Origin: a virus
Reading direction: 5' to 3' (one strand)
DNA: 64,000 nucleotides
IMG/VR virus record: IMGVR_UViG_3300032325_000466
Coordinates: 64,001 to 128,000 of that record
The notes beneath the pieces are model-generated. The model was not told the origin of the DNA. It saw only the letters and a list, made by a program, of their open reading frames with translations, and did no database searches. This document shows positions 32,001 to 41,000 of the stretch, piece after piece (positions within the stretch are counted from its first letter, which is position 1; the number at the start of each line of letters is the position of its first letter). The position numbers and the translations under genes are program-made.

Positions 32001-35000
32001 ATATCAACTATGATGTATATGAAAATTGGGCAATTAAGAGTGGTGAATTTGGTGGTGTACTCAATAATAATTTCATAGACTTTAGACTCAACCAAAATCA
32101 ACTTACTGGTAATCCTAGCATTGTTGGTCTAACTACCGGTGTATTTACTGATGGCGTACAGCAAGAAGTTCCGCTATACTCAGTGTTCAACTATGGTAGA
32201 CCAGTTACTGATCCAAATGTATTAGCTACATTACCAACTGATACTCCTGATAAATTATTCCCAAGTGCTGGATACCCAAATTTCAATGATGTTAAAACTT
32301 ACTCATATTTTTATTCAGGACTAAACAATGCAGTAGTTCCCCTATCACGCTTATATGTGGGAGAATATTTATGGGTAGCAGACTTTAAGGGCACATGGCA
32401 AGTGTTCACACCACAGTCAATTAGTCAAGTTATTAATGTAATCAACAATTTAAATAACACAATTACTGTACAGTTTAACGCACCCCATAACCTAGTTAAA
32501 TTTCAGCCATTTGCTATCATCAACTTTAACACAAATATCGATGGCTACTATATTGTAACTTCAGTGCTAGATCCTACTAGAGTAACCGTAACACTATCGC
32601 TTAGTTCAGCTACTCTAAACATTACAGGCACAGGTATTGGAGTTGCATTTACTAGCCAGCGTGTAGGAAAACCTAGCGATATTGCATCGTTTCCTGTAAA
32701 CGATAATGAATTTATCAAAACAAAAGTTTGGGTAGATGAAAATAATGACGGCTCTTGGGCAGTATATCGTAAGAGTTTAAATTATCAATATAAATCAGAA
32801 TTGATTAAAGACGATTCATTTACATTTGGTAGTGCAGTAGCTTATACAAGTGACTTAGGTTATTTAATTAGTGACGCTAGCTTAGGTGAAGTGTATAGAT
32901 ATACATACAACTCAGTATTTGCTAGATATGATCTAACACAAACCTTAGTGGGAGCTACAACATTTGGTACTACTATTGGTTATGCTGGCTCTATATTTGC
33001 GATATCTCAGCCTACTGGTGTAACTACTAATGATAGAATAGTTAGCGTTTATAACCTAGTAACAAATACATTAACTAATGCATTACAATTAATTCAAACA
33101 ATTACTGCACCCTCTGGTATTACAAATTGGGGAAGAGCTATCACAGTGTCAGGTGATCAACAATGGTTATACATTGGTGGTTACGAACAAAATGTAGTGT
33201 ATGCATACAAGTTTAATGCTACTACCGATGAATATGATCATGTAGCTACAATCGCGCTATCTACATCGGAGACAGGTGATAACTTTGGTTATTCTCTATC
33301 AACCAACTATTATGGTAATACTTTAGTAGTGGGAGCACCTGGTGAAAACTATAACGCTACTACAGATAATTGGGGATACACTTATGTATTCAATAGATTA
33401 TCACAAACATTTGAATTTCAATTTGATCAAGCACCATCATTTACACTAGCATTTACTCCAACCACAGTGTCAGTTGCAGTTAATGGTACCGCATTGGAAG
33501 CTACTGAATACACGCTTATTGGTAATGTTGTTTCTATTACTAAATCACTAAACACTGGTGATATCATAATAGTAAGTGGAAATCAGTTTGTACTAATGCA
33601 AGAATTGACTACACAAAATCAGCCAAGAATAGGTGTTCAGTTTGGCTATAGCTTAGATACTAATAACTATGGTACAGAAATCTTAGTAGGCGCTCCCTTT
33701 GAAGTAAACGCTAGCAATCAAGAGGGTGCAGTTTATAGATATACTACTTCGGGCGGTGCATATGGTTACATAATTGGTAGCAAAGAATGTTATGTATACG
33801 ATACTACTAACATATTGATTAATGGGTATCAGGTAACAGTACCAGCAGGTGATGCAGCATCTACCGCTAGCGCAATCAACGCGGCAAAAATTACAAATGT
33901 TACTGCCTCTGCCGCGGATAATATACTAACCATTAGACTAGTAAATGTTAAACTGGCTTTAATGAATGATAAACTAAATCTACAAGTACTACAGACTAAC
34001 ATACTAGATCAATTGGGTATAACTGTTTATACACAAACACAAACAATTAATGATCCAAACCAACAGAGTAGAACCCAGTTTGGTACTGCGGTAAGATTCA
34101 ACGAGTTGGGTTCATTTGTAGTCAGCGCACCAGTTGCAGCAAGATACGCTCACACTACATTTGACATGACTGATGATGAGAATTTTGACAACGATACTCT
34201 GTTTGATAATAATACTACTCAGTGGGTAGATAGATTTATAAATGCCGGTGCTGTATACATGTATGACTACTTAAGCGTGTATAATGAGAATTTACACAAT
34301 GTAGGTAAATTCGTTTACGCTCAAAGTGTAAATGCCCTAAATGAAAATTACGGAGCACAACCATATTATGGTACTGCATTAGACTTTAATAGTAATAATG
34401 TTATCGTAGGTACTCCTGGATTTAAACCCGGCACTACTAATGGCCAAGTTGTTGTTTATGATAACAGCACTGGTGTACAGAACTGGGCAACATATCGTTA
34501 CTCTGCTCCAGTAGTAGATACCGGCGCTATACAGAATGTACAGCTATACAGCGCGATTACTAACAATACCCTTGAAAATCTTGACTACATCGACCCACTA
34601 CAGGGCAAGATATTGGGTGTAGTAAGAGAAAACTTAGATGTAGTGTCTAATGCTGACCCAGCAGTTTATAATTCATCTACTGCTAACAATCAAGGTGCTA
34701 TAGTATGGGGAGAACGTCAACTAGGTCAATTATGGTATAACACTTCTACTACTAGATTTGTCAATTATCATCAAAACGATTCGGTAACTTATAACAGCCA
34801 GTGGTGGGGTAGAGTATTCCCAGGCAGTAATGTACAGGTATTAAGTTGGATTACCAGTGATCAGCTACCAGTTAACTACAGTGGTCCAGGTACTCCTTAC
34901 GATATAACATCCTATAGTATTGAATACACTACTAACTCAACTGGTGCTCTAGTTCCTGTATATTACTATTGGGTTAGAAATACTAACATAATCTTTAGTA

Positions 35001-38000
35001 AGACAGGTAAAACACTATCCGATACCGTATGCGAATCTTATATTGGATTACCAACAGCAACCGGTATCGCTTATATGGCTCCCATACAACCAAATGTATT
35101 TGGATTGTATAACAGTGGAGATTATATAAATGCAAATGACTCAGTGCTACATATTGGCTTTGCCACAAGTAGAAATGATGATGTTTCACATAGCTCATAT
35201 AATTTAATAAAAGCCAATTATGCTAGCGACTTTTTACCAGGATTGCCAGGTGTAGGTAGTGCCATAGAACCTGAATCGCTATACCTAAAAATGATAGACA
35301 GTTTATCAGGTGTAGATACTGCAGGCGGCATAGTTCCTGATCCATTCTTACCAAAGCCAGTGCAAAGCGGTATCCTATCTCGCCCACGCCAAAGCTTCTT
35401 TTATAATAGATTTAAGGCGCTACAGAATTATCTTGAATACGCGAACACAGTACTTGCACAATTCCCTATCTTAGAGATAAGAAATGGAAATCTTTCATTC
35501 TTATATAAAGTAGGTGAAGTTAACAAGTCTACTGATCCTGTATATAATACAGACCCAACAAGCCCATATTACAGTCCCGACCCATGGACAGGTCCCATAC
35601 TACCATTCTATGATACAACTGATTACTGGACACCAATTAATTGGTGGGCAACTGGTTATAACGATAATACTAAATCGTCATTACTAGTTCCTCTATATAG
35701 TGATCTAAGTACTATTGGCAATCCTCAAAATGGATTAATAGTAACTGTGGCTGAAAACGGTGCTGGCAGTCAAGAAACATATAGATATGTAGCTCCTGTT
35801 GGCGACACTGCAGGATATTGGGTAAGAATAGGTTTACAAAATGGTACTATAAAATTTAACAGTTCTTTATGGGATTACGCTACTGCAAGAATAGGATTTG
35901 GTGATAGTTTCTTTGATACCCAGCCATATGATTATTACCCATCAGCAGAAACTAGAAATATAATTAGATCGTTGAATGAAGAAATTTACATTGGTGAACT
36001 ACTAATCTTTAGAAATAAAAGTCTAATATTACTGTTTGAATATATCCAAAGCGAAACAGTTGAATCGCAGAATTATATGCCATGGTTGAATAAAACATCA
36101 TTTATAGATGTATCCCATACTATACGCGAACTATTACCGTTAAGAGTATTTAGGTCTGATAATCAAGTATTCTTATCAGGGTATATAAACGAAGCCAAAC
36201 CATATCATGTAGTAATTAAAGACTTTATCTTTAACTATACTCGCACTGATCTTTATAACAGCGATATAACCGATTTTGATTTACCTGCAAAGTATAATAC
36301 AGACTACGATCAATTTATTACACCAATGTTAGTTTATAGTGGAGCGGATGATATCAATGAATTCTTACCAACTGATCCTATATGGCAATCACCAGACTAT
36401 ACAACATGGTATAACAATTATGGATTAAGTCTATCTACTGTTTATAAGTATCCAATGACTACGGTAGCATCATACCTTAATTTGGTAAGTGATAATTTAT
36501 ATGTAAATAATGTGTCTGGTTTCCCAGTAACTGGTACAGTATTAATAGGTACTGAATTGATTGGTTACACTGGTATTGATACTGCATACAATATACTAAC
36601 TGGATTGACACGCGGGGTTAAAGATACTCTAGTTCAAAATCATATATATGGAGAACAAATTTACATTGATTTGCCTCCTATATTAGTTTTAAATAGCGGA
36701 AGAGAATATACCGTTCCTCCTAAGGTTACTGCATACATAGATACTAGTGTCTATCCTGCACCAAGAGTTGCTGCTATACTAACACCCATAATGTCTTTTG
36801 ATAAAGTTATAGGTGTTCAGGTAGTAAATTCAGGCTCAGGTTATGCAGTTTTACCCGAAATTGTATTCGAACCAGCCCTTATAGAGAACTTTACTAGCAC
36901 AGGAGTAGACACTGATCTAAACTATATTGCGCTTACTACTACTGGATTAGTAACGGGTGATTTAGTAAGATATGATGTAGGTACTGATACTGAACCAGTT
37001 AGTGGACTTCAAGTGGGCGCATACTACTATGTAAATTTACTACAAACTACACCAACAAATGTTATTGCACTTTATACTAATTATGTTGATGCTATTCAAG
37101 ATCATAACAGAGTTAATCTGTATACTCAAGGAAGTGGCGACAATAATATATTAGCATTAACTGCGGTAGCAAGTTGCACTACAACATCACAGCCTGTTCG
37201 TGAAAATATAACTACTCTTAGATTTGATAGAACTTCTTATAACTCTTCACTGCAAACATGGCAACCAGGACAATTTTATGGTTCTAAGTATACCGGGGAT
37301 TTAAGTCTTACTAAGTTAGCTAGCTCATCTTTACTATTGCAATCTACCAACCCACCGATATCTGAGATATTGGCTAGTGCCCAAGGACAAACTTTTGAAA
37401 TACTAGAAGTTAGAAATGTAGAAACTTATACTTGGTCATCACGCACACGCTCAGTGTTTGCAACTACTAGCCCTGATCGTATTACGGTTATGTCATCTGC
37501 TGGTGGCGACTCGCTTAATCCCACTTTAGGATTTTATGTAGATATGCCCATTAAGTTTGAGGGTGAGGAATTTGGTGGACTAAGTGTTGGAGTTACTTAT
37601 TATGTTACCGATGTATACAACAACCTTGAATTCTCAGTATCTGAAACAATCGGCGGCATGCCCATTACTCTTACCACTGAGTCTGCACCATCGGCTGGTC
37701 TACTAGCAATAACAGGTACGCTTACAAATCAAGCAGTAATTAAATTGTTTTATCCAGGTATATTAAAAGCAACTGCTACAACTAAAATAACTAATATTGT
37801 TACCGTACCACTATTACCCACTGGGTTAGGCGGAACTCAAGGATTCTACACAGGGTTACCAATATACTTTACAGGAAGGAACGTACAAGCTGGTAGCTTT
37901 GTAATAGGTAAAGGGTATACCATAGTTAGTGTAGGTACTACTGATTTTACATTATGCGGGGCATCGGCTAACGAGATAGGTGTTCAATTTACTGCAACAT

Positions 38001-41000
38001 CTGTGGGTACTGGAACAGGTGTAGTATCAACTGTATTTGGCGATGTAATTGCTAATATAGAGTTTTATGTTACTACTGTTATTGACGCAGAGAATTTTAC
38101 AATGTCTTATACCAGTACTCCTACTGAGACAACTCTGTATGCAACTACTGCTGGAACAAATTATGTGACTGTAGAAAGCGTAAATGGATTTAATGTAAAT
38201 GATCCTATAATCTTTACTAATATGCAAATTGCAGGTACTAGGGTTACAGACTTTGGAAATATCCAAGCAGGCATAGTTTACTATGTACAGTCAATAATTA
38301 ATGGTACTCAAATTCAAATTTCTACTCAATTTAATGGTGCAGCGTTAACCCTTACTACAGTGGCAGTAGCAACCGACACTAATGGTACAATAACTAATCA
38401 AAGTGAGAATGTACAATTAAATAATGCAATTGGAGAAATGACTTTAGTAGCTGGTCTGCCAATTAGCCCTGGTCAAATTAATGGCCAACGATTTGCCTTT
38501 TACCCAACCTCAAACGCATTCACTGGTGTTAGTGGTATAACAAGTGACTTATTAACAAGAACTATTACAGCAGCAGTAAGTACCAATAATGGTTTATATT
38601 TAGCTATCAGTACTGGTGGAATATCGGATGTGTATATAAATATGCCGTTTATAGTTCAAACAGCAATTGGTGGATTGTTGACAGGTACTACATATTATGT
38701 TAGAAGTACAGGCACATTAACCACTACTGTAACCAATACTACTACTTCTACTAACAGGTTAACTTGTAGTACAACAGCAGGATTTTATGAAGGTATGGCA
38801 ATAAAATTCTCAGGTGCGGTATTTGGTGGAATAACTCCAAATCTTACATACTTTATATTATCAATAGTTGATGGAAACACATTTACTATTTCTAATGACA
38901 TAGGCGGTACTGAAGTTACTCTATCTACTAGTGTTGGTAGTATGCTGCTGACCGGGGAACAGTATATCACTGTAAATGATGGAGCAGGCTCCCAAGTATT
39001 CTTATCTGATGATATTGCTTTCGTCACTCTAGACCAGTACCCAACCTCACCCCCAACATTCAATGTTGGATATACTGCAGGTGGATATTTCGTACAAGTA
39101 GCAACTCCAGGTACAGGTTATGCAGTAAACAATACTATTACGGTTGATGGTGCTCAATTAGGTGGAGAATCAGGTACAAATGATTTAACAATGACAGTAT
39201 ATGAAATATCATCAATTGGTGAAGTTGTTACAGTTATTAGTACCGGTGCACCAGCTGGAATAAATGCAAATTATTACTTAAAAGTCATATCAGAATATGA
39301 ATGTGAACTTTACTACAACTCATCATTATCTATTCCAGTACCAGGATCACAATTCCCATTTAATGGTATTACTCAAACTACAGTTACTGGGGTAACTGCT
39401 GCAACCAATGAACTTACTGTAAACAGTTCAGCGAGTTTTGCTATTAATGACCCTGTTGTATTCACTGGAGATGTATTTGGTGGAATGATATTGGGAGAAA
39501 CTTATTATATTAAAACAAAACCATCACCAACAACAGTAACTATTTCAACATTCCCAAATGGTACAGTATTTGATATTACCGCAGATGAGACAGGCGATTG
39601 TATAATGGCTACTGTAGGCGATGTTAGCTTATTGCCTGACCCATTCTATGCTACTCAAAGTATAGTTATTTACAATAACAAAGTATATCAGTGTGCAGTA
39701 AGTAACAACGATGATGATTTTGTTTTCCGTAAATGGCAATTAATGGACAGTGGGGATAGACAATTAAACGCACTTGACAGAATAGTGGGCTACTATCAAC
39801 CTACTATTAATATGCCTGGTCTAGATCTTACACAGTTAGTAGCTAATATTGTTTACCCAAATAATACTTACTTAGATAACGCATTTGCTCCAGCAGATGA
39901 GTACCCCTATGATACACTACTATTAGATAACACCTTTACTCAAGTCAATGACAATATATACACAGTACAGGGTGATGAATTTACGGCTGGTTATGGTCCT
40001 GAAGAATTAGTACCAGGCATAGTAACTGACAATCTAACAATGATTGTAAAAACACGCCCAGGTAGTAATTGGGAATCTACTGTTTATCAGAATGTGGGAT
40101 ATAATTCAGTTTCTACCGAGATTACTCCAGCACAACCTGATCAAGTACTATACTCATTTGTAAATGTTGTAATAAACCCAATACAAATATCAGTGTTTGA
40201 TATTGATACTACCACAAAACTAAGCACAAGATTGTATGATTACACTATAGATTGGATTAATAAAGTAGTTACACTATCTACTCCGCTAGCAGAGAACCAC
40301 ATACTTAGAATTGATGTATATGAAGTAGGTAATGGTGACCAGCTAGTTCGTTCAAATTCACAAACTACCCCATTCTTCTTAAATGAAGATACTCAATTTA
40401 GTGAAATTTATTTAGACTGCCTCTACTCTGCTTCTATCACTAATGGATCAGGATTAATCATACCTGGTAGTGCACCAAGTTCAATTGAAGCAATTGAAAC
40501 CAGCGCAACAGATAACACTATTTTATGCTTATCAGTATCTTCATTTACTCTTAATGCTCCAATTACTTTCCAAGGCGCAGTTTTTGGCGGTGTCGCACTA
40601 GACACTACATACTATGTTAAAACAGCAAGCGCAATTACAGACAGAATAACAATATCTGATACACTAGTTGCTGGTATAGCAGGTCCTACCCTAACGCTAA
40701 CATCAGCTACAGGTAGTATGCAAGCGATTATTCAAGCTGATAACGGTTTAGTTTGGACAGATCCAATCATTGTTCATAATGGTACAAGATTAACATTGGG
40801 TGAGCAAAGCTTTGTCACACAAACTAAGAGTAGCACAAATTCAATAGTTTGTAACTCTACGGCTCACTTTGACTTAAATGATACCGTTACTTTTAGTGCA
40901 ACAATGTTTGGTGGCATTATACAACCTAACACGGTATACTATATCGCTACCATCGTAGATGATAACGATTTTACTATTTCAGAAACTCTAGGTGGACCTA